From a bacterium (GTDB lineage: Bacteria > UBA8248), in the NCBI GenBank assembly GCA_965213685.1, contig CBDBZY010000034.1, positions 1 through 31,551 on the forward strand: a DNA stretch of 31,551 bases, written 5' to 3'. The notes under the pieces were generated by a model that was not told where the DNA came from, did not search any database, and saw only the letters and a program-made list of their open reading frames with translations. The translations under genes were made by a program, and so were the position numbers. Positions 1 through 11,683 of this stretch are shown in pieces (the stretch's first letter is position 1; the number at the start of each line of letters is the position of its first letter).

Positions 1-61
1 GGGACGGCCGCCGCCCGTTTTGGGGGATCGCCATGTCCTTGATGGGTTTGGGTTTCGCCAT
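1..61 (-). CDS. 5' end of a gene running off the window (MAKPKPIKDMAIPQNGRRPS...), product unknown
   Basis: ATG at 61-59 preceded by purine-rich GGGAGAGAGG; frame open to the window edge. Confidence 0.5.
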   Translation of the reverse strand, partial: MAKPKPIKDMAIPQNGRRPS

Positions 62-146
62 GCTCGCCTCTCTCCCGCGCCGCCGCGCACAAGATAGAAG
101 ATAAAATGCGAGAGGCCGACCGGCGGCGGACGCGGGCGGGAAGCCA

Positions 147-629
147 TTACGCCCCGAAAACGAAATCCCCGCTTTTTCCGCCCGTCTTGCGCACCAGCCG
201 AACCTCCGAGAGCACCATGCCCCTGTCCACCGCCTTGCACATATCGTAGACGGTAAGTCCCGCCACGCTGACGGCCGTCAGCGCCTCCATCTCCGCGCCC
301 GTCCTGTCTTGGGCGCGCACGGACGCCTCGATGCGGAGCGCACCGGCCGGCGCGTCTGCGGAGAAGCCTATCTCCACGCTCGATATGCGCAGTGGATGAC
401 ACATCGGAATGAGGTTCGCGCACCCCTTGGCCGCCATGACGCCGGCGACGCGCGCGACGCCCAAGACGTCGCCCTTGGGCAGGCCGCCCTCGAGGATGAG
501 GCGCAGGGTCTCGGGCGCCATCTCCAGGCGGCCGCGCGCCACGGCTTCGCGACGGGTGACCCGCTTTCCGCCCACGTCCACCATACGGGCGCGGCCTTCC
601 TCGTCGAGATGAGAGAGTTCGCGAGACAC
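147..629 (-). CDS. moaC: Cyclic pyranopterin monophosphate synthase MoaC
   Basis: LSHLDEEGRARMVDV, KGDVL, LIPMCHPL, TGAEMEAL, YDMCKAVD and KTGGKSG motifs; GTG start at 629 inferred. Confidence 0.96.
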   Translation of the reverse strand: MSRELSHLDEEGRARMVDVGGKRVTRREAVARGRLEMAPETLRLILEGGLPKGDVLGVARVAGVMAAKGCANLIPMCHPLRISSVEIGFSADAPAGALRIEASVRAQDRTGAEMEALTAVSVAGLTVYDMCKAVDRGMVLSEVRLVRKTGGKSGDFVFGA

Positions 630-768
630 CCGAAGCGCCCTCCCCGCGCGGAATCCTCGAAACGAGCTGCTCCCCTTCTGGAGCGAAATCATACAGCAAG
701 GGCGGGAAATGGCAAGGAGGAGGACGCTAGCCGCGCGCAGGCTTTCGGGAAGGATGAGGAGGGGGGGA

Positions 769-797
769 TTGTCCGCCGCCCGCCCGCCTGCTAGAAT
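769..797 (+). promoter_or_regulatory. Sigma70-type promoter for mod-res
   Basis: TTGTCC-17 bp-TAGAAT with extended -10 TG; AGGAG RBS before GTG at 842. Confidence 0.55.
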
Positions 798-841
798 CTG
801 CGACAAACATTCGGGGAAACAGAGACAGGAGAATCCAGCCC

Positions 842-2577
<1,736 letters not shown>

Positions 2578-2584
2578 CGCGCGC

Positions 2585-5119
2585 ATGGAGCTCAAAGAGT
2601 ATCAAAGCGCCGCCCTGGAGGCCTTCGCCCGCTGGCGGGACGCGCTGGAGACGGCACAAGCGGAATCGAACGAAGCCGTGGGCGCCCTGGAAGAGAAAGG
2701 GGTGAACGTTCCCGGTGAGGTGCGCGACTACCCCAGGGCCGCATGGGAGAAGCTCAAACAATCCGGCGGCGTGGCGAAAACCGCCAGCGCATACGTGGGC
2801 AGAAAGGACGGCGCCAGGCGTCCCATCCCGCACGTCTGCTTCAAGGTGCCGACCGGCGGGGGCAAGACGCTGCTGGCCGCAGCCGCCCTGGAGAGGCTGA
2901 ACCGGCAAACCGGCCTCACTATCTGGATAACGCCCACCCGCGCCATCTACGGGCAGACGAAGGCGGCTCTCTGGGACAGGGAGCACCCCTACCGGCAGAC
3001 GCTGGAGCGCGCCAGCGGCGGGCGGGTCAAGCTGCTGGAGAAGGACGACCGCTTTACGGCGGCGGACGTGGCCAACCACCTGTGCGTGATGCTGCTGATG
3101 CTGCCCGCCGCCAGCCGGCGGAAGGACAAGGAATTCTTGCGGATGTTCCGCGACTCCGGGCGGTATCCCGCCTTTTTCCCGGACGGAGACGACGCCCTGG
3201 GCGACGGCCGCCTGTTGCGCGACCACCCCGATCTGGAGCGAACCGCCAAGGGCGGCCCCGTGAAGCACAGCCTGTTCAACGTCTTCAAGATGCTGCGCCC
3301 GGTGGTGGTGCTGGACGAGGCGCACAAGGCGTACGGACAAAAGAGGAAGGGGGCGAACGAGGATTTCGTGTACGCCGTGAACCGCCTCAACCCGTGCCTG
3401 GTGATCGAGCTGTCCGCCACGCCCAACCGGGGCATCAGCAACCTGCTGGTGGACATCACGGGAGTGGAGCTGAAAAAAGAGGAGATGATCAAGCTGCCCG
3501 TGCAGGGTGACCTCCTTCACCAACGCCGAATGGCAATACACGCTGGGGCAAGCCCACGAGGAGATGGAGAGGCTGGCCGGGGAGGCGCAGTCGCTCGCCC
3601 ACAGCGCGGGCCGCTACATCCGCCCCATCGCCGTGGTGCGGGTGGAGCGCACCGGCAAGAACCAGCGCGACGGCGAGCGCGTCCACGCCGAGGACGTGCG
3701 CGAGCACCTCGTCCGGAACCTCGGCGTCCCCGCCGACGCCGTGCGCGTGAAATCCGCCGAGAACGACGAGCTGAGCGTCGAGAAGGACCTGCTCTCCGAA
3801 CAATCGCCGGTGCGGTGGATCATCACCAAGGCGGCGTTGATGGAGGGCTGGGACTGCTCCTTCGCGTATCTGCTGGTGATGCTGGACAACGCGCAGAGCC
3901 AGCGCGCCATCACCCAGCTGGTGGGGCGGGGTGATGCGCCAGCCCCACGCGCGCAGGACGGAACGGGAGCGGCTCGACCAGTGCTACGTGTATTGCTGGA
4001 ACACGGACGTGGGCGAGGCGGTCGACCACGTAAAAAAGGGGCTGGAGGAGGAGGGATTGACCGGCCTGGGAGGCGAGGTGACGTCAAAGACGGAATTGCT
4101 GCGCCGCGTCACCGTGAAGCGGCGCGAGCAGTTTCGGGATGCGTCCATCTTCCTGCCGCGCGTGCTGCACGAGGATGGCGACGAATGGGCGGAGCTGGAC
4201 TACCAGCGCCATATCCTGCCCGGCATCGACTGGGAGTCCATCGCGGAGCCCGGCCCGCAAGACGCATCGGCGGAGGAGGCCCGGCGGAAAACGGCGACAG
4301 TGGATGTGGGCGCGCCCGTTTTTCACGGGCCCCAGAAACTGTATGTGGACAAAACGGTGGAAATATCCTGGTTCGCACGCCGCTTGTCCGACATCATGCC
4401 CAACCCCTGGCAGGCGGCCCGGGTCGTTCGGCGGATGCTCGATCGGCTGCGCGCCGACGGCAAGACGGACGATGAAATCCACGACAGGCGCTCCGGTCTG
4501 GCGTTCCATCTGAGGGATCACGTGGCGAGGGAGGTGGAGCGGCGGGCGGAGCGGGTGTTTCGCGAAAAGCTGCGCCGAGGGGAAATCCGCTTTGACCTGG
4601 AGGCGGGGGAGGCCAATTTCCGGATGGTGAAGCGTTACGAAATACCGGCCCCACGAAAGCGACCCCATATTGCTCAGGTATGGGAAACCCATGCAGCTGA
4701 ACCTGTTCGAGCCGATATTCGAGCGCGAATTCGACAGCAAACTGGAGCGCGACTTCGCCCGCTACCTGGACGAGCAAAAGGCGTTGCGGTGGTGGCACCG
4801 GGTGGCCGCGCGCCAGCGCGGGGATTACTACCTGCGAGGCTGGAAAAAGTATCGTATCTGGCCCGACTTCGTGGCGATGGGCTGCGAAACCAACGGCAAC
4901 AGGCGCCATCTGCTGATTTTCGAGACGAAGGGGGAGCATCTGCGGGACAACCCGGATACGGATTACAAGCAGCGGGTGCTGGAGACCCTCGAGAGCGCCT
5001 TCAATAATAACTGCGGAACGATGCGCGTGCGCGAGGGGCCGATGAGAGGCACCTTCCGCCTCGTGTTCCAGGAGCAAGGGTTCGGGGAGGCGTTGAGTGG
5101 CCTGAACGGCGCCTCCTAG
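2585..5119 (+). CDS. res: Type III R-M restriction subunit (Res; SF2 helicase plus PD-(D/E)xK nuclease), three +1 frameshifts near 3505, 3930 and 4650
   Basis: MELKEYQ start, Walker A VPTGGGKT, VVVLDEAH, ELSATP, WIITKAALMEGWD, QLVGRVMR across the shift, C-terminal WPDF...FETKG. Confidence 0.9.
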
Positions 5120-5210
5120 GAGAGGGAGGAGGAAAGAGGAGGTTCCGCCGTGCGCCCCGCGCGCCCTAACGCGCCCGCCCCCGCGAAAACGCCTGCGCCC
5201 TCCCTCCCCC

Positions 5211-5765
5211 CTACAGCTTCGGCAGGGTGAGTCCCTTCTGCTTCTGGTACTTGCCCTTCTTGTCGGCGTAGGAGGTCTCGCACGGCTCGTCGCTCTCGAA
5301 GAACAGCACCTGGGCGATGCCCTCGTTCGCGTAGATTTTGGCGGGAAGGGGGGTGGTGTTGGATATCTCGAGGGTGACGAAACCCTCCCACTCCGGCTCG
5401 AAGGGGGTGACGTTGACGATGATGCCGCAGCGCGCGTAGGTGCTCTTGCCGACGCAGATGGTGAGCACGCTCCTCGGAATCCGGAAGTATTCCACCGTCC
5501 GGGCGAGGGCGAAGGAGTTGGGCGGGATGACGCAAGTCTCGGCCTGGACGCGCACGAGGGAGCTCTCGTCGAAATTCTTCGGGTCCACGATGGTGGAGTT
5601 CACGTTCGTGAAGATCATGAACTCATCGGCGACCCGAATGTCGTAGCCATACGAGGAGACGCCGTAGGAGATGGCCCCCGCGCGCACCTGCGCGTCCGCA
5701 AACGGCGCGATCATGCCCCTCTCGCGCGCCATCCGGGTTATCCACCTGTCCGATTTGATCGACAT
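5211..5765 (-). CDS. dcd: dCTP deaminase
   Basis: [56 protein letters not shown]. Confidence 0.97.
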   Translation of the reverse strand: MSIKSDRWITRMARERGMIAPFADAQVRAGAISYGVSSYGYDIRVADEFMIFTNVNSTIVDPKNFDESSLVRVQAETCVIPPNSFALARTVEYFRIPRSVLTICVGKSTYARCGIIVNVTPFEPEWEGFVTLEISNTTPLPAKIYANEGIAQVLFFESDEPCETSYADKKGKYQKQKGLTLPKL

Positions 5766-5893
5766 CCGCTGGACCTCAGGCGCAGGCGGGGGTGCCCCCG
5801 CGCAACGCCGTATGATGTCCCGGCCGCCCGCCCGAGTGAACGCTCCCGGAAGTCGCCGGCGACGGAGGCGAACGATAATCTCTTTAGCGTCGT

Positions 5894-5922
5894 ATTATAG
5901 CGTAAAATCTGAGATGTGTCCC
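5894..5922 (-). promoter_or_regulatory. Sigma70-type promoter upstream of dcd
   Basis: Minus strand GGGACA-17 bp-TATAAT. Confidence 0.55.
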
Positions 5923-5948
5923 GGAACGGAACTCGGCGGGCATGAATA

Positions 5949-6026
5949 TCCGGGGGCGAGAGGAGGCCAACTCCCCCCGCCCCCGGAATAATCGCCCCTG
6001 TCCGCCCGAAACGGGGGCGATTTTTT
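5949..6026. other. Two adjacent GC-rich hairpins; the second is followed by T6 on + (terminator-like)
   Basis: TCCGGGGGCG/CGCCCCCGGA (5949-5987) and AATCGCCCC/GGGGCGATT (5990-6022). Confidence 0.6.
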
Positions 6027-6145
6027 CAGCTTATCAGCAAAGCCTTCCATCAGCGTTCGTTCGTCAAAGAGAGGGACCCGGCGCCGAAGCACTCAGGGAA
6101 CCGCGTCCATCCCTCCACCCCTCATCCAAAACCGAGACCATAAGA

Positions 6146-6203
6146 CCACAACATATAGTGCCATGTCAACACTTTTTTCGGAAAAAAATACCATTTGTTG
6201 TGG
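6146..6203 (-). promoter_or_regulatory. Tandem NrdR boxes flanking a TTGACA -35 element
   Basis: CCACAACATATAGTGC (6146-6161, 13/16 to acaCwAtATaTwGtgt) and ATACCATTTGTTGTGG (6188-6203, 11/16), 42 bp apart; minus-strand TTGACA at 6169-6164. Confidence 0.72.
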
Positions 6204-6404
6204 ATAGCGTGTGCGCGGAGCGGGGGACAGACGGGGGAGAACCTGTGCGTAAGATGTGGACAACGTCCCAGCGACGACGGAAGGAGGAGGAGGCGCGCGC
6301 TGTGCCTCGCCGTCGAGTCACGGGACACGGGAATGCCTGCTGTGAGGGAGGAGAGAATATGGAGGCGGGCGCGAGGGGGACGCGCGCCTCCCGTACCAAA
6401 ACTT

Positions 6405-7271
6405 CTACCGGAACTTCTCCGGGAACACCTTGATCTTCGCTTTTTTCCGCAAGCTCCCCAGCAGCGCCTCGTAGCTCTCCCGGCGCCTGATCTCTGCGTG
6501 CAGGAGCCGCACGTCGTCCTGGACGTCCTCGTATTTCGCGTCCGCCGCCCCGACGCGCTCCGTCACCCGGATGATCTGCCAGCCGGCCGACGTCTTGATA
6601 GGCTCGCTCGGCTGGCCGATGGGCAGCTGGAACGCCACGTCTTCCAGCGCTTTTTCCAGCGTCCCCCTATCGGCCGTTCCCATGGCGCCGCCCGCATCCC
6701 GCGTGGACTCGAAGATGGAGCGCCGCCTCGCCACCTGCCCGAACGGAATCCCCCGCCGCAGCTCCGCCACGGCGTCCCACGCCTCTTTTTCCGTCTCGAG
6801 CACGATGTGGGCGAGGGTGACCGACTCCTTGCGCCGAAACCGATCCTTGTTGACGGCGAAGAAGTCCCGGAGCTGCTCTTCGGACACGTTCGCCGTCTCC
6901 ACGTCCCGCTTCAGGAACTGCTCGATGACGAGTCTGCGCTTCAAGCGCTCCACCCGCTTTTGAATGCGGGGCGACTTGTCGACCCCCAGCCGGACCGCCT
7001 CCTGATACAGCAGCTCCGCCTGCACCAGCCCCTCCAGAAACTGCTCCTTGTTCTCCCGGATGCGAATGCGCACGGCGGGAGCCAGCAGCCGCAGGCGCTC
7101 CTCTATTTCCCCCAGGGTGATCTGCTCGCCGTTCACCTCGACCACCACCTGGCGCATCCTCTCCCCGGGGGCGTCCTTCCTCTCGGCCGCCCCGCCGGCG
7201 AGGGGATACCCCAACAGCAAGACCACCGCCATCAGCGTCAACGTTCTTTTCATGCCCATCGATTTTCTCAT
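6405..7271 (-). CDS. Exported parvulin-type peptidyl-prolyl isomerase/chaperone (PrsA/PpiC-like)
   Basis: Signal peptide; VVEVNGEQIT; LAHIVL..EKEA, FGQVARRRS, GGAMG, SEPIKTSAGWQIIRV. Confidence 0.88.
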   Translation of the reverse strand: MRKSMGMKRTLTLMAVVLLLGYPLAGGAAERKDAPGERMRQVVVEVNGEQITLGEIEERLRLLAPAVRIRIRENKEQFLEGLVQAELLYQEAVRLGVDKSPRIQKRVERLKRRLVIEQFLKRDVETANVSEEQLRDFFAVNKDRFRRKESVTLAHIVLETEKEAWDAVAELRRGIPFGQVARRRSIFESTRDAGGAMGTADRGTLEKALEDVAFQLPIGQPSEPIKTSAGWQIIRVTERVGAADAKYEDVQDDVRLLHAEIRRRESYEALLGSLRKKAKIKVFPEKFR

Positions 7272-7396
7272 CGCTCCCCAGACCTAGAACAAACGGGCGG
7301 GACAAAACCGGCCCCGACGCGCAATATACCGGGAAAGGGCTGCGAATGAAAAGGAACGGCTCCTCCCGGGGGCGCCGGAGCGCGCTTTCGGCCCGC

Positions 7397-8353
7397 CTAG
7401 ACGAAACGCGCGAACATCAACGACAGATAACATACATATCCGGAAAGAAAGGCGCATCCCGTCGCGCGCCCGACGCCGCGCCCCGATACAACCAGAAGCA
7501 GGAACACCGCCATCATCAGGAGCATAAACGGGAAATCCAGAAGAAACGATTGCCGCTGAATCCCCAGGGGAGCGATGACGGACGCCCCGCCCAGGACCCA
7601 CGCGATGTTCAGGACGTTCGCGCCCACCACATTGCCGACGGCTATCTCCCCATGGCCATGCAAGGACGCGGAAATGGCCGTGATCAGCTCCGGCAGCGAG
7701 GTGCCGACGGCGACGAGCGTGAGGGCGATGACCAGTTCGGGAACGCCCAGGGCGCGCGCCAGATGCGCCGCGTTCTGGACGAGCAAGACGCTGCCCAGAA
7801 CCACCAGAACGGCGCCCGCCACAAACCGCAGCGCGACCCGTTGCGTTTGCGGGCCCGCCGTCGTGCCGCCGAAATCCGACCATTGCGCCCCCCGCACGCC
7901 GAGCCACAGATAGACGGGCACCAGCCCCAGCAGCACCAGGCCCTCCGCCCCGTCGAGTTTCGCGTCCCGCCCCAGCAAAACGAGCAGCGCGCCCAGAGCG
8001 AGCATGAACGCGCTCTTGGGGGCGACGTTCGCCCTGGGCAGGGAAACGGGGGCGATCAGGGACGCCACCGCCAGAATCAGGCCAATGTTGCAGATGGTGG
8101 AGCCCACCGCGTTTCCGATGGAGGTGGCCGGATGGCCGAGATACGCCGCGGTGGCGGAAACGCTGAATTCCGGGGCCGTCGTCGCCAGGCTCACCAGGGT
8201 GGCGCCGACGACCATTTTAGGAATCCCCGTTATCTCGGCGATGCCGACCGCGCCGTGGGTGAACCAATCCGCCCCTTTCGTGATGAGGGCGATGCCCAGA
8301 AAGAACAAGAGGAGATTCACCCAGAGGGGAAAACCGGCGAAATAAGCCTCCAT
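7397..8353 (-). CDS. Calcium/sodium antiporter (CaCA, YrbG-like)
   Basis: Two alpha repeats: ATTAPE..GNAVGSTICN and GTSLPE..GNVVGANVLN; start MEAYF at 8353. Confidence 0.93.
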   Translation of the reverse strand: MEAYFAGFPLWVNLLLFFLGIALITKGADWFTHGAVGIAEITGIPKMVVGATLVSLATTAPEFSVSATAAYLGHPATSIGNAVGSTICNIGLILAVASLIAPVSLPRANVAPKSAFMLALGALLVLLGRDAKLDGAEGLVLLGLVPVYLWLGVRGAQWSDFGGTTAGPQTQRVALRFVAGAVLVVLGSVLLVQNAAHLARALGVPELVIALTLVAVGTSLPELITAISASLHGHGEIAVGNVVGANVLNIAWVLGGASVIAPLGIQRQSFLLDFPFMLLMMAVFLLLVVSGRGVGRATGCAFLSGYVCYLSLMFARFV

Positions 8354-8408
8354 ATGCGAGAAGCGTCCCTTATGGCGGAGCGGGGGAGAAGGCCCGCGCG
8401 GCAGATGG

Positions 8409-9194
8409 CTACCTGCCCAGGAAGCGGGGCTCTCTTTTTTCCAGAAAAGCGCGGAGGCCTTCCTGAAAATCCAAACTGGCGCTCGTCTCGGCCTGCGCCT
8501 CCGCCTCCGCGCGAAGCGCCGTCCGCACATCCAGGACGCCTGATTGATGAACGAGTTTCTTCGCCGCCCGAAGCGCGACGGAGGGGCCGTCCGCCAGCTT
8601 GCGGCCCAGCGCCATCGCCGCCTGCAACAGGGAATCGTCCGGGTGGACGGAGCGAACGAGACCGATGGACAGCGCCAACTTCGCATCGATGATCTCGCCC
8701 GTCAATATCAGCTCCATCGCTTTCGCGCTGCCCACGACGCGCGGCAGGAAAAACGTGCCTCCGCAATCGGGCGCCAGGCCCACCCGAGAATACACCTGCC
8801 CGAACGACGCGCTCGCCGCGCACAGGCGAATGTCGCAGGCCAGGGCGATGTCGCACCCTGCTCCCACGGCGAAACCCTGGACCGCCGCCACCGTCGGACA
8901 ACGCACCTCATAGAGGCGCGCCAGGGATTTCTGATAGTCCGGCCAAAGGAATTCCTCCATCCTCTCGCCTCCCCGGACGCGCGCCTCGATTTCCTTCAAA
9001 TCCCCGCCGCCGGAAAAGGCGCGCCCCTCGCCGGTGAGGACCATGGCGCGGATGTCCGGCTCGTCGCACCTTCCGCACACCTCGTACAAGTCCCGGGCCA
9101 TCTCTCGGTTCAGGGCGTTCAGCGCCCCGGGACGGCACAGCCGCACGAGCGCCAGGCCGTCCTTTTCCTCAAAGCGTATGGTTTTCCAGGGCAC
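8409..9194 (-). CDS. Enoyl-CoA hydratase/isomerase family protein (PaaG-like)
   Basis: RPGALNALN, AFSGGGDL, AAVQGFAVGAG, GLAPDCGG, DFQEGLRAFLEKREP; GTG start after GGAGGAG. Confidence 0.92.
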   Translation of the reverse strand: MPWKTIRFEEKDGLALVRLCRPGALNALNREMARDLYEVCGRCDEPDIRAMVLTGEGRAFSGGGDLKEIEARVRGGERMEEFLWPDYQKSLARLYEVRCPTVAAVQGFAVGAGCDIALACDIRLCAASASFGQVYSRVGLAPDCGGTFFLPRVVGSAKAMELILTGEIIDAKLALSIGLVRSVHPDDSLLQAAMALGRKLADGPSVALRAAKKLVHQSGVLDVRTALRAEAEAQAETSASLDFQEGLRAFLEKREPRFLGR

Positions 9195-9406
9195 TGTGAT
9201 ATTCTCCTCCCGCATGTCCATGACTGGCAAAAGATTTTCATTTTTCCTAAAATATGGCATATAATCGCCGGCGAGAAGAAGCCGGATGCCCCTGAGCCTG
9301 TAAACATTCGGGGTTACGCGCGCCGGGGTGAAGCGCGAAGGAATCCATCGCCCACCAAAGCCCTGCGCATCCACAGGGATGAGAAGCCTACGGTAGGAAC
9401 CACAAA

Positions 9407-10030
9407 ATGGAATCGCCAGACGCCGTTGTGAAGATATATGATCGCTGGGGCAAATTCTACGATTTCGTCTTCAAGCACATATTTCACGAAGGCAGGAACG
9501 TCGGCGTGGACCTGCTCAACCTCAAACCAGGCGAGAGGCTTCTGGAAGTAGGGGTGGGCACCGGGCTTTCCTTGCCGCTGTATCCGCCGACTTCCGAGAT
9601 TGTCGCCATCGACATCTCCTCCAAGATGCTGGAAAGAGCCAGGGAAAAGGTGAAAAAGATGGGGCTCCGGAACGTCGAGATCGGCGTGATGGACGCGCAA
9701 AACATGGCCTATGAGGACAACAGCTTCGACTGCGTCACCGCCTGCTACGTGGTGAGCGCAGCCCCCGATCCGCACAAGGTCGTTTCGGAAATTTGCCGCG
9801 TCTGCAAGCCGGGCGGGCGCATCGTCTTTATCAACCACTTCAAGAGCAACAACGTTTTGCTGGCGAAGTTCGAGGAGCTCGTCAACGGCATCTGCAAGAA
9901 ATTCGGCTGGGAGACCACCCTGGATCTCGAACCGTTGCTCGAGGCGAACAACCTCATTCTCAAGCGCCAGGAGCGCGTCAACATCTTTGACTATTGGCGC
10001 GCCGTGCTTTGCGTGAACCCTGAAAAATAA
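9407..10030 (+). CDS. Class I SAM-dependent methyltransferase, PmtA-like phospholipid N-methyltransferase
   Basis: YDRWGKFYD, LLEVGVGTGLSLPLYP, RVCKPGGRIVFINHF. Confidence 0.8.
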   Translation: MESPDAVVKIYDRWGKFYDFVFKHIFHEGRNVGVDLLNLKPGERLLEVGVGTGLSLPLYPPTSEIVAIDISSKMLERAREKVKKMGLRNVEIGVMDAQNMAYEDNSFDCVTACYVVSAAPDPHKVVSEICRVCKPGGRIVFINHFKSNNVLLAKFEELVNGICKKFGWETTLDLEPLLEANNLILKRQERVNIFDYWRAVLCVNPEK

Positions 10031-10093
10031 CCCCCCCTTGTCCACACATCGACACCCCGCCCGCGGCGGGGGCGCCCCCATGGCCCGCCTCCC

Positions 10094-11002
10094 GTGAACG
10101 TCGAATCCAACGCCTACGGCGTGCTGCTGGCCTCGGTGGCCTCCCTCTCCTGGGCGGCGTTCGCCTATTTCATCAAGATGGCGCTCGCGGACGCTCCCGT
10201 TCTCAAGGTCACCTCCGCCGTAACCACGATCAACGCGGCGCTCGTCACGCCCGTCGCCCTCTATTTCGCGCCCATGGACGACTTCCTGAACGCGGGCGCG
10301 CCCACCCTCCTTTTCAGCGCACTGGCGGGATTTCTCCACATTGGCGTGTCGCGCTCCTTTTTCTACCGCTCCATCCACCGAATCGGGCCGAACCGCTCCA
10401 TACCCATCGCCATGACCTATCCCGTCGTCACGGCGATGGCCGCCGCCGTCGTTCTGGGGGAGGCGCCCACCGTCTCCATCATCATCGGCCTTTTGATTCT
10501 CCTCGCCGGGATACAGTTGATCGTCCAGGCGGAGCCAGGCCGGCCCGCGCAACCGGATTCCCGCGGCACCGAGTGGAGGCTGTTCGGCTGGGTCTCGGCG
10601 GGCGTCACGTCGATCCTCTGGGGGGTGTCCGCCGTGTTCTTCAAGAAAGCGTCCCTGCACCTCCACCCGCTCGCCACCGCCTCCGTCGCGCTCTGGGTCG
10701 GCGCCATGACGACCCATCTCATCGTCCTGTTCAGCAAGGGCGAAGAGGCGCAGGGCACCATTCCCTCCGCATCCTGGCCGTGGCTTCTCGCCGCCGGCCT
10801 GTGCCAAACCGTCGCGGTGCCGTTTTACAATTTCGCGTTCATACACGCCATGGCCGTGCGCGTGACGGCCATCGTCTCCCTCCAGCCGCTCGTCGTCATC
10901 CTCCTCGGCTGGTTCTTCATGCGGGAGGCGGAGAACATCACCCCCCGCCTCGCTTTCGGCGCGTTGCTCACCGTGACGGGCACCATATTCGTCATCACCT
11001 AG
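10094..11002 (+). CDS. EamA/DMT family transporter
   Basis: About ten hydrophobic segments in two repeats; YPVVT..LGEAP and LQPLVV..MREAE. Confidence 0.87.
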   Translation: MNVESNAYGVLLASVASLSWAAFAYFIKMALADAPVLKVTSAVTTINAALVTPVALYFAPMDDFLNAGAPTLLFSALAGFLHIGVSRSFFYRSIHRIGPNRSIPIAMTYPVVTAMAAAVVLGEAPTVSIIIGLLILLAGIQLIVQAEPGRPAQPDSRGTEWRLFGWVSAGVTSILWGVSAVFFKKASLHLHPLATASVALWVGAMTTHLIVLFSKGEEAQGTIPSASWPWLLAAGLCQTVAVPFYNFAFIHAMAVRVTAIVSLQPLVVILLGWFFMREAENITPRLAFGALLTVTGTIFVIT

Positions 11003-11123
11003 CCCGCAGCCTTCCGGCAGGGCGCGGCGCCTGCCCCCAACCCGTCCGGGTGTGCTATTCTCAGGGCCGCACCCATCATCCGGGAGGGCTTCCGGAAACC
11101 TCATTTTCCGAAGGAGAACGTTC

Positions 11124-11600
11124 ATGAGCGAAGTGATTCACGTCACCAGGGCCCGCGTCGTGAAGGAGCCGGGCAGGGGGATGAAGACCGCATATTTCGA
11201 CGCGTTCCCCGAGGAGCCGGTCCCCTACGGCATCCACGGAGGGATCAAGAATTTCTACAAGGCGGAACCCGTAGAGGAGCGGCCGGCCACGCTCGATCAC
11301 CTGGCGGCCGCCGTCGCCGGCTGACTGACGGGCAACATGGGAGGCGCGCTGGATGCGCGCGGAATCAAGAGCAGCCCAGACAACCTGGTGGCGGAAGTCG
11401 AGGGCGTCATCGAGAACGTGGACGGCATGGCGCTGGTCACCAAGATCAAGGTGCGCTACAAATGCAGAATCCCGAAAGGAAAGCGCGAAGACGCCGAACG
11501 CGCACTCGCCGTGCATGAGAAGGGCTGCCCGGCCAGCCAGAGCGTGCAGCGCGGGATCGCCGTGGAATACACGGCCGAGTTCGAGGAAGTGGACGAATAA
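11124..11600 (+). CDS. OsmC/Ohr-like protein, probable selenoprotein (158 aa, TGA at codon 67)
   Basis: ORFs 11052-11324 and 11337-11600 share a frame and are separated only by TGA 11322-11324 in AAVAG-U-LTG; second Cys in GCPASQSV; AAGGAG RBS before ATG 11124. Confidence 0.85.
11344..11360 (+). promoter_or_regulatory. Putative bacterial SECIS hairpin
   Basis: GCGCGC-TGGAT-GCGCGC; loop starts 25 nt after the TGA and has G at position 2. Confidence 0.6.
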
Positions 11601-11617
11601 TCACGAAAACCATTCCG

Positions 11618-11670
11618 CGCCAGGGGCCCCCGGAGCGAATCGCCGGGGCCCCCTGGCGTTCCGGCTTTTT
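11618..11670. terminator. Long GC hairpin between the convergent osmC-like and SSS genes
   Basis: CGCCAGGGGCCCCCGG...CCGGGGCCCCCTGGCG, then a T5 run. Confidence 0.55.
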
Positions 11671-11683
11671 CATACGGCGCGCG

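Noticed and set aside
5905-6100. 6S RNA
   Set aside because: The ends pair only weakly (CTGAG/CTCAG); the interior forms local hairpins rather than a rod with a central bubble.
5895-6110. MDAVP-TGA-VLRRR... as a second selenoprotein, or a 65-aa ORF
   Set aside because: No redox motif or recognisable family, and the frame runs through hairpins and the dcd promoter.
6150-6164. Sigma54 promoter at minus-strand TGGCAC
   Set aside because: No TTGC at the required spacing; better explained as part of the NrdR box.
9215-9400. Riboswitch (ZTP/SAM) upstream of the methyltransferase
   Set aside because: Only a short GACTGGC resemblance; the other conserved elements are absent.
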